Positions 1 through 8,896 of a stretch of DNA of 64,000 nucleotides are shown piece by piece. The first letter of the stretch is position 1, and each line of letters begins with the position of its first letter. Position numbers and translations under genes: made by a program. A model generated the notes under the pieces. That model worked only from the letters and a program-made list of their open reading frames with translations. It was not told the origin of the DNA and made no database searches. Source of the DNA: Myxococcota bacterium (GTDB lineage Bacteria > Myxococcota_A > UBA9160 > UBA6930); assembly GCA_965223415.1 (NCBI GenBank), contig OZ245002.1:2092388-2156387 (forward strand), written 5' to 3'.

Positions 1-30
1 AGGCGAGTTCTACGAACCGGAAGAGGAGCA

Positions 31-432
31 GTGAGGCTCGCCCTGGCCGGAGGGGCAGCGCTCATCCTCGGCTTCGTCGGCGTGACCTGGCTCGCTCTCG
101 AGGCCTCTGAGGTGGCCGTGCTGGAGACCCGCGTGCCGGACGGCAGCGTTCGCCGTACCCACGTCTGGTTCGTGGAGCCGGACGGCGAGCTCTGGATCGA
201 AGCGGGCACGCCCCAGAACCCGTGGCTGACGGACGTAGGCCGTGCTCCGGAGTTGCGCTTCGCGGCCGAGGACCGCGCCGGCCGCTACCGGGCGCGGGTG
301 TTGGAGGGGCGCGAGCCCGCGCAGCGGGTGCGGAGGCTGCTGCGCGAGAAGTACGGCTGGCGAGACGCGTGGGTCGGCATGATGGTGGACGCCTCCCGGT
401 CGATCGCGGTGCGGCTGGAGCCTCTTCCGTGA
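31..432 (+). CDS. hypothetical membrane-anchored protein (paralog of 3528..3923)
   Basis: 133-aa ORF with GTG start and an N-terminal hydrophobic helix. It shares the EVAVLET motif and a C-terminal KYG-x-xD-WV motif with the ORF at 3528..3923. Confidence 0.55.
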   Translation: MRLALAGGAALILGFVGVTWLALEASEVAVLETRVPDGSVRRTHVWFVEPDGELWIEAGTPQNPWLTDVGRAPELRFAAEDRAGRYRARVLEGREPAQRVRRLLREKYGWRDAWVGMMVDASRSIAVRLEPLP

Positions 433-824
433 ACGTCACGCACCGGGGCGGCTGCCACTGCGGGCGGGTACGCTTCGAGGTCGACGCGCCCGCGGACCTC
501 GAGCTCCACGAGTGCAACTGCTCCATCTGCGGCAAGGTCGGTTACCTGCACCTGACCGTGCCCCGCAGCCGTTTCCGTCTCCTCTCCGGCGAGGAGGAGC
601 TCACCGCCTATACCTTCAACACGGGAGTGGCCCGCCACCTCTTCTGCTCGGTCTGCGGCGTGAAGTCCTTCTACGTGCCGCGCTCCCACCCGGCGGGCTA
701 CAGCGTGAACGGCCGCTGTCTCGATCCGGAGACGGTCGCGAGCCGCGCCGTCCTGCCCTTCGACGGCGCCGACTGGGAGGCTCACGTCGACGAGCTGCCG
801 CCGCTCCCGGAGGACGAGACCTGA
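429..824 (+). CDS. GFA/CENP-V family protein (glutathione-dependent formaldehyde-activating fold)
   Basis: Cys-rich motifs GGCHCGRVRF, HECNCSICGK and LFCSVCG are typical of the GFA domain. The GTG start overlaps the upstream stop (GTGA). Confidence 0.8.
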   Translation: MNVTHRGGCHCGRVRFEVDAPADLELHECNCSICGKVGYLHLTVPRSRFRLLSGEEELTAYTFNTGVARHLFCSVCGVKSFYVPRSHPAGYSVNGRCLDPETVASRAVLPFDGADWEAHVDELPPLPEDET

Positions 825-859
825 CGCGATCGTACGGTGGCCCCTAGACTGGGGGCCCC

Positions 860-1393
860 TTGGACACGATTCCCGACGCCCTCCTCGACCGGCCCGTCAC
901 CGGCGCGAACCTCATGCCGGGCCGGCTGCGCGACCAGCTGCACGGGCCGACCCTGCTCGTCTTCCTCCGCCACTTCGGCTGCATCTTCTGTCGCGAAGCC
1001 GTGGGAGACCTGCGCGCTGCCGTCGAGGGCGACGAGAGCTATCCGGACGTGATCTTCTTCGCCCAGGCGAGCCCGATCGAGGCGCGGGCCTTCCTGCGGC
1101 GCTACTGGCCGACGGCCCGGGTGGTGTCGGATCCAGGGCTCTCCTTCTACGACGACTTCGGCGTGGGGCGCGCGAGCCTGCTGCAGTCGTTCTCGCCCCG
1201 GGTGTTCGCGGCCCAGCGCCGCGCCGCCGCCAAGGGCTACGAGAACGGGCCGCGAAGCGGTGACGTCTGGAGGATGCCGGCGGCCTTCGTCGTGGACGGC
1301 GAGCGCATCCTCTGGCGCTACGAGCCGCGCCATGCCGCGGACCATCCGGACTTCGCGTCGATTCCCGCTCAGCTGGCCGCGGCGCCCGCCTAG
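860..1393 (+). CDS. peroxiredoxin-like / AhpC-TSA family thioredoxin-fold protein
   Basis: 177 aa with LLVFLRHFGCIFCRE (CxxC in a thioredoxin-fold context). Confidence 0.7.
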   Translation: MDTIPDALLDRPVTGANLMPGRLRDQLHGPTLLVFLRHFGCIFCREAVGDLRAAVEGDESYPDVIFFAQASPIEARAFLRRYWPTARVVSDPGLSFYDDFGVGRASLLQSFSPRVFAAQRRAAAKGYENGPRSGDVWRMPAAFVVDGERILWRYEPRHAADHPDFASIPAQLAAAPA

Positions 1394-1395
1394 CG

Positions 1396-2025
1396 ATGGC
1401 CTTGGCGATCGGGGTCGGTGCCGCGGCGGTGGCGGCGCTCCTTGCGTCCCAACGCGCGGGCTTCCGCCCCGGCGTGGTCGTATCGAAGCTCCTGGCGGCC
1501 TCCGCGTTCGTCGCGGCCGCTCTCGGATGGGGAGCGCTGGCGACTCCGTACGGCCAGATGGTGCTCGCGGGTCTCGTCCTGTGCTGGCTGGGGGATGCGC
1601 TCCTGCTGCCGCTGGGGCAGAGCCGCTGGTTCCAGGCGGGCATCGGCGCGTTCCTGGCGGGTCACCTGGCCTATGCGGTCGCGTTCCTCCAGGGTCCGCT
1701 CTCCCCGCCGGCCCTGGTCCTGGCCGCGCTGGGCCTGGCGATCTTCGCGTGGTGGGTGCGGCGCTGGCTGGGTCCGCACCTCCCGGCCGAGTTCGAACTG
1801 CCGGTAACGGCCTACCTGGCAGTCATCTCGGCGATGGTGGTGCTGGCCATCGCCTCCTCCGCGGCCACGGGCCGCCCGGAAGCCGCCGTCGGGGCCGTGG
1901 GGTTCGCGCTCTCGGACGTGTCCGTCGCGCGGGATCGCTTCGTGGCGCCTGGCTTCGTGAACGGCGCGTGGGGCCTGCCCCTCTACTTCGGCTCGCAGTT
2001 CCTGCTCGCGTCGACGGTCGCCTGA
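1396..2025 (+). CDS. lysoplasmalogenase (YhhN) family membrane protein
   Basis: 209 aa, polytopic, with YhhN-like motifs WLGDALL and FLAGHLAYAVAF. Confidence 0.7.
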   Translation: MALAIGVGAAAVAALLASQRAGFRPGVVVSKLLAASAFVAAALGWGALATPYGQMVLAGLVLCWLGDALLLPLGQSRWFQAGIGAFLAGHLAYAVAFLQGPLSPPALVLAALGLAIFAWWVRRWLGPHLPAEFELPVTAYLAVISAMVVLAIASSAATGRPEAAVGAVGFALSDVSVARDRFVAPGFVNGAWGLPLYFGSQFLLASTVA

Positions 2026-2042
2026 GGTCTACCCTGGGAGAC

Positions 2043-2456
2043 GTGAGCGATCTGCGCGTGCGTCGAGAGGCCCTGGTCCGCCGGCACATGGAGGCGGAGA
2101 ACGTCCACGACTTCGACGCGGTGATCGAGACCTTCGCCCGTCCGCGCTACGAGCTGATCGGAACCGATCGGGTGCACGACGGCGAGGCGGAGGTGCGGGC
2201 CTACTTCCGCGAGACCCGCACCGCGTTTCCCGATCAGCGCAACGAGCTGATCGCCCTCCACCATGCCGACGACGCGGTGATCGCGGAGTTCTGGCTGCTG
2301 GGCACCCACGAAGGCCCCCTCGGCTCGCTCCCGCCGACCGGCCGCAGCTTCCGCTGCCGCATGACCGCCTTCTTCCTGTTCGAAGGCGAAGGCCTCGTCT
2401 GCGAGCGCGTCTACTTCGACTCCGGAACCATCCTCCGCCAGCTCACCGGCTCCTGA
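2043..2456 (+). CDS. SnoaL-like / ester cyclase (NTF2 fold) protein
   Basis: In-frame GTG start in the tail of ORF 1260..2456. Motifs ALVRRHMEAENVHDFDAV and RVYFDSGTILRQL are typical of ester cyclases. Confidence 0.65.
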   Translation: MSDLRVRREALVRRHMEAENVHDFDAVIETFARPRYELIGTDRVHDGEAEVRAYFRETRTAFPDQRNELIALHHADDAVIAEFWLLGTHEGPLGSLPPTGRSFRCRMTAFFLFEGEGLVCERVYFDSGTILRQLTGS

Positions 2457-2899
2457 TGCGACGTCCAGCGGTAGAGGATGTCGGGCTCGCTCTCGGGCGG
2501 GGGGCTGGTGGCGAAGGCGATGGGGTGGAAGCCGAAGCGCTCGTAGAAGGCGCGGGCCCCGGTGTTGCGGCGGTGGGTGAAGAGCGTGAGCTCGGAAGGG
2601 GAGAGCTCGCGGGCCCTGGCGAGCAGCACGCGGCCGATTCCGGCGCTCTGGGCGGTGGGGTCGACGTAGAGGTGCTCGACGCGCACGCCCGCGAGTGCGA
2701 GGAAGCCCAGCAATCTGCGGCCCCCCCGCGCTACCCACACGTCGCTCTCCCGTGCGATCACGTCGCGCATCTGGGCATGATCCTCGGCCGGGGTGTACCC
2801 CATGCGCTGCTCGAGCCAGGGCTGGGCACCCTCCCGGGAGCGGCGCCACAGGGCCGCAAGCTCCGCCGTGTCCGCCGAGTCGAGCGGCTCGAGCGTCAT
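2411..2899 (-). CDS. GNAT family N-acetyltransferase
   Basis: Acetyl-CoA binding core VDPTAQSAGIGRVLL and ARAFYERFGF. Internal ATG (MTLEPLD) chosen as start. Confidence 0.8.
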   Translation of the reverse strand: MTLEPLDSADTAELAALWRRSREGAQPWLEQRMGYTPAEDHAQMRDVIARESDVWVARGGRRLLGFLALAGVRVEHLYVDPTAQSAGIGRVLLARARELSPSELTLFTHRRNTGARAFYERFGFHPIAFATSPPPESEPDILYRWTSHQEPVSWRRMVPESK

Positions 2900-3465
2900 G
2901 GCTCCGCGGACGTGATGCGCGGTGCGGTCCAACTCCGGTCCTCCTGCTCCGTGTCCTCCAGGGTACGCTGCTGCTCACGACCCAGCAGGGCGCGCTTCCG
3001 CCACACGCCGCCGACGAAGCCCCCGAGCGAGCCGTCCCCGCGCACGACCCGGTGGCAGGGGACGAGGAGCGGTACCGGGTTCGTGGCGCAGGCGCTGCCC
3101 ACCGCCCGGGCGGCGCCCGGCGCGCCGAGCGCTCGCGCCACCTCGCGATAGCTGCGCGTCTCGCCGCTGGGAATGCGGGTGAGCGCCTGCCAGACCCGAC
3201 GCTGGAATCGGCTGCCGCGCACGTCCAGGGGAACGGTCTCCCGGGGTGGCCGGCCTCCCACGACGGCGAGCAGCGCGTCCATCCAGGGGCGCAGGCCTTC
3301 GGGATCGGGCCGGCGGCCCGCGCACGGGAACTCGCGCCGAAGCAGTTCGAGGAGCTCGGCCTCGTCCCGACCGAAGCGGACCAGGCACACACCGCGGCTC
3401 GAAGCGACGAGCAGCAGCTCGCCCAGATCGGTGCTCCGGGTGGCGTAGCGAAGGGAGGTGTCCAT
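2896..3465 (-). CDS. ogt: methylated-DNA-protein-cysteine methyltransferase
   Basis: Active-site PCHRVV motif plus YREVARALG and GGxxxKxxLL. ATG at 3463..3465 lies in the frame of ORF 2896..3999. Confidence 0.85.
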   Translation of the reverse strand: MDTSLRYATRSTDLGELLLVASSRGVCLVRFGRDEAELLELLRREFPCAGRRPDPEGLRPWMDALLAVVGGRPPRETVPLDVRGSRFQRRVWQALTRIPSGETRSYREVARALGAPGAARAVGSACATNPVPLLVPCHRVVRGDGSLGGFVGGVWRKRALLGREQQRTLEDTEQEDRSWTAPRITSAEP

Positions 3466-3527
3466 GCCGTGGAGGATCGTCCCTGCCGAAGCCCGGGGCT
3501 GGCGGAATTCGGACGTCTTCCTCGGGC

Positions 3528-3923
3528 TCAGCGCGGATCGAGCCGGACCGGAACCGCTTCGCGCCCGACGAGGAAGCGGACCCAGCGGTCGGCCAGGCCG
3601 TACTTCCCGGCCATCAGGCCGAGCAGGCTCTCGCGTTCCGCCACGACCGGGACGGCGGTGTAGCTCGCCCACTCGCCCTCGATCTGCACCCGCACGGCAG
3701 GATCGCTGCGCACGCGGGCGAGCCAGGCTGCGTCGCCGCTGCCGGCAAGGAGCCAGCGGCGGCCCTGGTGCCGGGCGAACCACAGGCGCGTCGTCTCGAC
3801 CGCGCCGTTCCCGGCGCTCGTCTCCAGCACCGCGACCTCGCCGCTCTCCACGAGTGCGCAGTGGCCGAGGTAGGCGGCGCCGAGCAGCAGCAGGAGGGCC
3901 ACGAGCACACGGGCGATCTTCAT
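3528..3923 (-). CDS. hypothetical membrane-anchored protein (paralog of 31..432)
   Basis: ATG at 3921..3923 (MKIARVLVALLLLL...), N-terminal signal/anchor, and the same EVAVLET and KYGLADRWV motifs as 31..432. Confidence 0.55.
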   Translation of the reverse strand: MKIARVLVALLLLLGAAYLGHCALVESGEVAVLETSAGNGAVETTRLWFARHQGRRWLLAGSGDAAWLARVRSDPAVRVQIEGEWASYTAVPVVAERESLLGLMAGKYGLADRWVRFLVGREAVPVRLDPR

Positions 3924-3974
3924 GGGCGGCCTCCGGCGCGTTCCTCCACGGTAGCGCTGCGGTAGCGTGGTTCC

Positions 3975-4835
3975 ATGGTCGATCCCGCCGCCTCCGCACG
4001 GGCGGCCTACGCGCGGGAGCTCGCCGAAGCCGTGGGCTTCCGCACTCCGGGCCTCGAGGCGGCGTTCGCGGCGGTGCCCCGCGACGCCTTCGTCGGGCGC
4101 GGCCCGTGGCAGGTGATCGAGCTGGAGCTCGGAGGCGAGCCCACCCGGACCCCCGACGACGATCCGGCCCACCTGCACCGCAACGTGCTGGTGGTGCTGG
4201 ACGCCGAGCGCGAGATCAACAGCGGCGAGCCGCGGCTGCTGGCGGGCTGGCTCGACACCCTCGGTCTCGCACCGGGCCGGCGCATGCTCCACGTCGGCTG
4301 CGGCGTCGGCTACTACACGGCCGTGGCGGCGCAGCTCGTCGGCTCGAGCGGTCGCGTGCTCGGAGTGGAGGCGGAGCCCGACCTGGCATCGCGGGCACGC
4401 AACAGCCTCGCGCCGTGGCCCTGGGCCGAGGTGGTGGAAGGGGACGCTTCGCGGCTCGGCGGCACGCGCTTCGAGGCGATCCTGACGAACGCCGGCGTGA
4501 CGCACGTGCCACCCGTGTGGTGCGACGCGCTCGCCGAAGGAGGTCGCTGGCTCCTGCCGATGACCGTGGACCTGCCGGCCTCGAAGTTCGGCGCCGGCTG
4601 GTCCCTCGTGATCGAACGCCGCCCGGGGCTGCGCTGGGGCGCGGCCTTCCAGGCGCCGGTGGGCATCTTCCCCTGTCTCGGTGCCCGCGACGAGCACGCC
4701 CAGCAAGCGCTCCGGAAGGCGTTCGAAGCCGGCGGCCACGATGCAGTGTGCAGCCTGCGCCTCGATCTCCACGATCCCGAGCCGAGCTGCTGGCTGCACG
4801 GTGAGGACGGGTGCCTGAGTCGGCTACCGGTCTAG
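3975..4835 (+). CDS. protein-L-isoaspartate O-methyltransferase-like SAM-dependent methyltransferase
   Basis: 286 aa with SAM motif I LHVGCGVGYYTA and a PIMT-like N-terminal AFAAVPRDAFV. Confidence 0.7.
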   Translation: MVDPAASARAAYARELAEAVGFRTPGLEAAFAAVPRDAFVGRGPWQVIELELGGEPTRTPDDDPAHLHRNVLVVLDAEREINSGEPRLLAGWLDTLGLAPGRRMLHVGCGVGYYTAVAAQLVGSSGRVLGVEAEPDLASRARNSLAPWPWAEVVEGDASRLGGTRFEAILTNAGVTHVPPVWCDALAEGGRWLLPMTVDLPASKFGAGWSLVIERRPGLRWGAAFQAPVGIFPCLGARDEHAQQALRKAFEAGGHDAVCSLRLDLHDPEPSCWLHGEDGCLSRLPV

Positions 4836-4945
4836 ACTCGGGAGAATGGCGGTCCTCCCCCGGGCGAGACGCTTCGAGCTCCGCTGGGTGTTTGACGGCG
4901 GCTCCAGCGGGGCCAATCCTTTGCGGGCGTCCATCGGAGGGGCAC

Positions 4946-5320
4946 ATGGGATTCCTGCTTCGCATGGCGATCACGGCGCTGGGCCTGTGGCTGGCCGCGC
5001 GCTGGGTACCGGGGCTCCGGATTCCGGCCGACGCGACGCTGGCGATCGCAGCCCTGCTGCTGGGGTTCGTCAACGCGACGGTGCGACCGATCGCCGTGTT
5101 CCTCACCTTTCCGATCACCGTGGTCACGCTCGGTCTCTTCCTCTGGGTCGTGAACGCGGGCATGCTCGGGCTGGTCGCGTGGGTACTGCGCGATTTCCAG
5201 ATCGCCGGGCTGGGCTCGGCGCTGCTCGGCTCCCTGGTCGTCAGCGTCACGAGCTGGCTCGGCTCCTGGTTCATCGGGCCGAAGGGACGCTACGAGGTGA
5301 TGGTGGTGCGGCGTGGCTGA
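4946..5320 (+). CDS. DUF360 / phage holin family 4-like membrane protein
   Basis: Internal ATG (MGFLLRMAITALGLWLA...) gives 124 aa with 3-4 TM helices. FVNATVRPI and TLGLFLWVVNA are typical of the YvlD/DUF360 family. Confidence 0.65.
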   Translation: MGFLLRMAITALGLWLAARWVPGLRIPADATLAIAALLLGFVNATVRPIAVFLTFPITVVTLGLFLWVVNAGMLGLVAWVLRDFQIAGLGSALLGSLVVSVTSWLGSWFIGPKGRYEVMVVRRG

Positions 5321-5753
5321 CCGGGCTCGGAAGCCGCCAAACATCGACGAGGTGGGCAACCTGGTGCTGCTGAAGCAGGTGCTGGATCTGCTGGCGGCGC
5401 CCGGCCCGGCACAGCTCGCCGCCTATCCTGTGGATCGCGAGGCCGGGCGGGAGATCGCCCTCTTGTTCGATGACGCGCTCGCGCGGGTGCGGCCCGTCTT
5501 CTGGCCGAGCTTCCCGCCCGAGGCGCGCGATGCGTTGCTCGCCATCCGACGCGGGCTCGACGCGGCGCCCCGCTCGGACGAGGCGGTGCTGGAAGGCGAA
5601 GCCTGGCGCGAGCTCCGCGAGCTGGCCGCCCGGGCCACGCCGATCCCGAGCTGGCTGCCTTCGGCGCCGCGAGGCTGGCGCGACCAGATCGTCCGCCACC
5701 GCGGCAGGCTCCGGCTGCGCCGCCAGGTGCAGGAGGAGCTGGCATGCCCGTAG
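5313..5753 (+). CDS. hypothetical protein
   Basis: 146-aa ORF in an operon-like overlap with both neighbours. No recognisable domain. Confidence 0.4.
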   Translation: MADRARKPPNIDEVGNLVLLKQVLDLLAAPGPAQLAAYPVDREAGREIALLFDDALARVRPVFWPSFPPEARDALLAIRRGLDAAPRSDEAVLEGEAWRELRELAARATPIPSWLPSAPRGWRDQIVRHRGRLRLRRQVQEELACP

Positions 5754-6136
5754 CCATCACAGCGCTCTACGCCGCGCTCCTCGGTGGGCTGCAGATCGTG
5801 CTGCAGCAGCTGGTGGGTCGCGAGCGGCTGCGGGTGGGCGTCTCGCTGGGCGACGGCGACGACGTGGGGCTTCGCGAGGCGATGCGGCGCCACGGCAACT
5901 TCCTGGAGCAGGTGCCGCTCGCCCTGCTCCTGATCGCTCTGGCCGAGCTGAACGGCGCCGCGCCAGCGTGGATCCACGGCCTCGGCGGGGGCCTGCTGGT
6001 GAGCCGGCTCGCGCACCCCTGGGGCGTGAAGCAGGAGGACGCGCGGCAGCTCCCGCGTTTCCTCGGAGCCCTCGGCACCCTGCTCGTGCAGATCGCCGCG
6101 GTGGCGCTCCTGCTCTGGCAGGTGGTCGGTGGCTGA
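5744..6136 (+). CDS. MAPEG family membrane protein
   Basis: 130 aa with RAHGNFLE-like motif RRHGNFLEQVP and RLAHPWG, typical of bacterial MAPEG/YecN proteins. Confidence 0.75.
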   Translation: MPVAITALYAALLGGLQIVLQQLVGRERLRVGVSLGDGDDVGLREAMRRHGNFLEQVPLALLLIALAELNGAAPAWIHGLGGGLLVSRLAHPWGVKQEDARQLPRFLGALGTLLVQIAAVALLLWQVVGG

Positions 6137-6788
6137 GATGCGCGTCGAGTCGCTGAACCGGAGCGGGGTGGAGACGGTTTGCTTCGCCGACGGCGGCGAG
6201 ATCCGGAGCGGCATCTGCAAGCGGCCGCAGCAGGGGCCCGTGCGGGTCGGCCCGGAAGGTCTGACGGGCGACGAGGTGCACGATCGCCGGTTCCACGGCG
6301 GGCCGAATCGCGCGCTGCACGCGTTCGCCCTCGAGGGCTACCGGGCGCTCGAGGAGGCGTCCGGCGCAGCCCTGCCCGTGCCCTGCTTCGGCGAGAACCT
6401 CACCGTCGGCGGCCTCACCGAGGTGGATGTCCGGCCCGGCGATGTCTGGCAGGTCGGGAGCGCACGGCTCCAGGTGACGATGCCCACCGAGCGCTGCGCC
6501 CATCCGGGCCGGCTGGCCGGGCATCCGCGCATCTTGTCGTGGGTCGTTCGCGACGGGCGCTGCGGCTGGTACCTGCGCGTCCTCGAGCCGGGCCTGCTGG
6601 AGACGGGCGACGCCATCGCCCGGGCCGAGCGCGGCCCCGAGGGCCCGACGCTTCTCGACCTCCACATCTGGATGCGCGACCAGGCCGGCGACCCGGACAT
6701 CCTGCGCCAGATCGAGGCCCACCCCGCCCTTGCCCCCGAGTGGAAGGAGCGCATGCGCATCCTCCACGCCCGCCGCCGCAAGCCCTGA
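6129..6788 (+). CDS. MOSC domain-containing protein (YiiM-like)
   Basis: 219 aa with HGGPNRALH, GENLTVGGL and PTERC motifs of the MOSC domain. Confidence 0.8.
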   Translation: MAEMRVESLNRSGVETVCFADGGEIRSGICKRPQQGPVRVGPEGLTGDEVHDRRFHGGPNRALHAFALEGYRALEEASGAALPVPCFGENLTVGGLTEVDVRPGDVWQVGSARLQVTMPTERCAHPGRLAGHPRILSWVVRDGRCGWYLRVLEPGLLETGDAIARAERGPEGPTLLDLHIWMRDQAGDPDILRQIEAHPALAPEWKERMRILHARRRKP

Positions 6789-6794
6789 CCCGGA

Positions 6795-6868
6795 AACGCA
6801 AGAGTGGGGACGTTCCTTGCATCTTGCGCAAAAGCGCAAGATGCAAGGAACGTCCCCACTCTTGCGTT
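6795..6868. repeat. 74-bp perfect palindromic element, copy 1 (34-bp arms, 6-nt loop)
   Basis: Arm aacgcaagagtggggacgttccttgcatcttgcg (6795..6828) is perfectly complementary to 6835..6868. The core is identical to the element at 52015..52090. It sits directly after the MOSC stop codon. Confidence 0.9.
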
Positions 6869-6887
6869 CTCTATGCTTGGTGGCGGG

Positions 6888-7391
6888 ATGGAAGCGGAAG
6901 CGGTCACCTGGGCGTTGCTGGTGCTCTCGTTCCTGCTGGTCGTGGTGGGACTGGCGGGGATGATCCTGCCCGCGATCCCCGGGGCGCCGGTCCTGTTCGG
7001 AGGGTTGGCGCTCGCGGCCTGGGCCGAGGGGTTCGCCCACGTCGGCTACGGCACGCTCGCGGTGCTCGGGGTGCTGGCGCTGCTCAGCTACGCGGTGGAC
7101 TTCGCTGCGGGTGCGTTCGGTGCCAAGCGCTTCGGCGCGTCGCGCCGGGGGATGGTCGGCGCGGCCCTCGGCGCCCTGGTCGGGCTCTTCTTCGGCCTGC
7201 CCGGTGTGTTGGTCGGGCCCTTCGCCGGTGCGGTGCTCGGGGAGCTCTCGGGCCAACGCCGCCTCGACGAGGCCGGCCGCGCCGGCGTCGGAGCGTCGCT
7301 GGGGCTCGTCCTCGGCGCCGCCGCCAAGCTGGCCCTCGCCTTCTCGATGCTCGGGATCTTCCTCGCGGTCCGCATCGCGGGCACCCTGTAG
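6888..7391 (+). CDS. DUF456 family membrane protein
   Basis: Internal ATG placed after the palindrome. 167 aa with Gly/Ala-rich TM helices (GMILPAIPGAP, GAFGAKRFGAS). Confidence 0.65.
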   Translation: MEAEAVTWALLVLSFLLVVVGLAGMILPAIPGAPVLFGGLALAAWAEGFAHVGYGTLAVLGVLALLSYAVDFAAGAFGAKRFGASRRGMVGAALGALVGLFFGLPGVLVGPFAGAVLGELSGQRRLDEAGRAGVGASLGLVLGAAAKLALAFSMLGIFLAVRIAGTL

Positions 7392-7410
7392 GGGGTGGTA
7401 GCCTCTCGCC

Positions 7411-8070
7411 ATGGCCGCCTCTCCCCGCACCCTCGGCGCCGTCCTCCACGAGGACTTCGAGCTGCTCGATCTCTACGGCCCCCTCGAGATGTTCGGCAGC
7501 CTCGGCGACGACGTCCGCATCATCACCGTCGCCGAGAGCAAAGGCCCGGTGAAGTCGACGCCCGGTCCCTGCACTGTGGCAGAGGCCGACTTCGCGAGCT
7601 GCCCGCCCCTCGACCTCCTGCTGGTTCCCGGTGGCATCGGCACGGTGGCCCAGCTCGCCAACGAGCCCATCCTGGGCTTCCTGCGCGAGCGTTGCGCGAA
7701 GGCGGAGGTGACGATGTCGGTCTGCTCCGGCTCGGCGCTCCTCGCCCGCGCCGGCGTGCTCGACGGCCGCCGCGCCACGTCGAACAAGATGTTCTTCGAC
7801 CTCGCTCGCGGCCAGAGCGGCGCGGTGGATTGGGTGACCGAGGCGCGCTGGGTGGAGGACGGCCCCTTCGTCACCTCGTCGGGCGTGTCCGCCGGCACGG
7901 ACATGGCCCTGGCCGTGATCGCGCGCCTCTACGGCCGGGAGCGCGCAGAGCAGGTGGCCATCTACACCGAGTACGAGTGGCAGACCGACGCCGATCGCGA
8001 TCCCTTCGCGAAGTACCTGAACCGGGCGGCGGAGCTGGGCCTCGTCCCCGGCGCGGACGCGAGCGGGTGA
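7411..8070 (+). CDS. DJ-1/PfpI family protein
   Basis: 219 aa with nucleophile-elbow motif SVCSGSALLA and the LLVPGG motif. Confidence 0.85.
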   Translation: MAASPRTLGAVLHEDFELLDLYGPLEMFGSLGDDVRIITVAESKGPVKSTPGPCTVAEADFASCPPLDLLLVPGGIGTVAQLANEPILGFLRERCAKAEVTMSVCSGSALLARAGVLDGRRATSNKMFFDLARGQSGAVDWVTEARWVEDGPFVTSSGVSAGTDMALAVIARLYGRERAEQVAIYTEYEWQTDADRDPFAKYLNRAAELGLVPGADASG

Positions 8071-8300
8071 ACGCGACCCTGCGGCGCTTCCTCCTCTCCT
8101 GGCACTGGATCTGGGTGATCGGCGCGGCGGCGGTCGCCTGGGCGTCGCTCTGGCTGGGTGATCCCCGGCCGCTGCTGGTGGTGCTCTGGTGGATGGGCTT
8201 CGTGGCCCTCGGCGGCATCCTGTTCGCCGGCGTGATCGGTGGCCTGGTCGTGCTGGTCGTGGGGATCCGCCAGAACCTCCGCAGGAACCGGAAGGGCTGA
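8067..8300 (+). CDS. small hypothetical membrane protein
   Basis: GTGA start/stop overlap with the upstream gene. 77 aa with two hydrophobic helices. Confidence 0.4.
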   Translation: MNATLRRFLLSWHWIWVIGAAAVAWASLWLGDPRPLLVVLWWMGFVALGGILFAGVIGGLVVLVVGIRQNLRRNRKG

Positions 8301-8313
8301 GGAAAGGGAACCC

Positions 8314-8700
8314 ATGGCGACGCGCATCTTCCTCGGCCTGATGGCGGTGGTCTGGCTGCCCTACGGCCTGGTCTGTCTCCTGCAGCCCGAGACCCTCGAA
8401 GCGGGAGGCCTGACGTTCGCCTCCGCCACCGGCTCGACCGAGGTTCGTGCCATGTACGGCGGGCTCCAGGCCGCGCTCGGCACGTGGGCGGCGTACGGGG
8501 CCTGGCGCCCCGCGGCCGCCCGCCCGGTGCTGCTGGCGCTCGCGGTGCTGACCGGCGGGCTCGCCAGTGCTCGCTTGCTCGGTGTGCTCCTCGACGGGGG
8601 CGTCGGCACCTACACCGGAGGTGCCCTGGTCTTCGAACTCGTCATCGTCGCGGCCAGCAGCGCCCTGCTCCGGGGCGCGCCCCGCGAGCCGGCGGCGTGA
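8314..8700 (+). CDS. hypothetical 4-TM membrane protein (DUF4345-like)
   Basis: ATG preceded by ggaaaggga. 128 aa, hydrophobic, with the EVRAMYGG motif. Confidence 0.5.
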   Translation: MATRIFLGLMAVVWLPYGLVCLLQPETLEAGGLTFASATGSTEVRAMYGGLQAALGTWAAYGAWRPAAARPVLLALAVLTGGLASARLLGVLLDGGVGTYTGGALVFELVIVAASSALLRGAPREPAA

Positions 8701-8713
8701 GTCCCTCGCGCCC

Positions 8714-8896
8714 GTGACGGAATGGATCCGCCAGCACCCGGTGATCGCGGGCATCCTCGCCGTCGCTGCAATCGCGGGCGCCGTGGTCGGCCTGCTCTAC
8801 CTCGACCCGACCTGGAGCGCCGGGCGGCGCATCGCGGCGGGTGGGCTGGCGGGCGGCGGCATCGGCTTCCTGATGACCGCGACCAGGATGCTCTGA
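8714..8896 (+). CDS. small hypothetical membrane protein
   Basis: GTG start, 60 aa, two predicted TM segments. Weak support. Confidence 0.3.
   Translation: MTEWIRQHPVIAGILAVAAIAGAVVGLLYLDPTWSAGRRIAAGGLAGGGIGFLMTATRML

Noticed and set aside
6804-6887. ORF starts giving the peptide MGTFLASC...NVPTLAF (also 52022..52453 plus, and the minus-strand ORFs ending at 6907 and 52083).
   Set aside because: The identical peptides are read from the arms of the palindromic repeat in both orientations. The real DUF456 gene starts at the ATG at 6888, after the hairpin.
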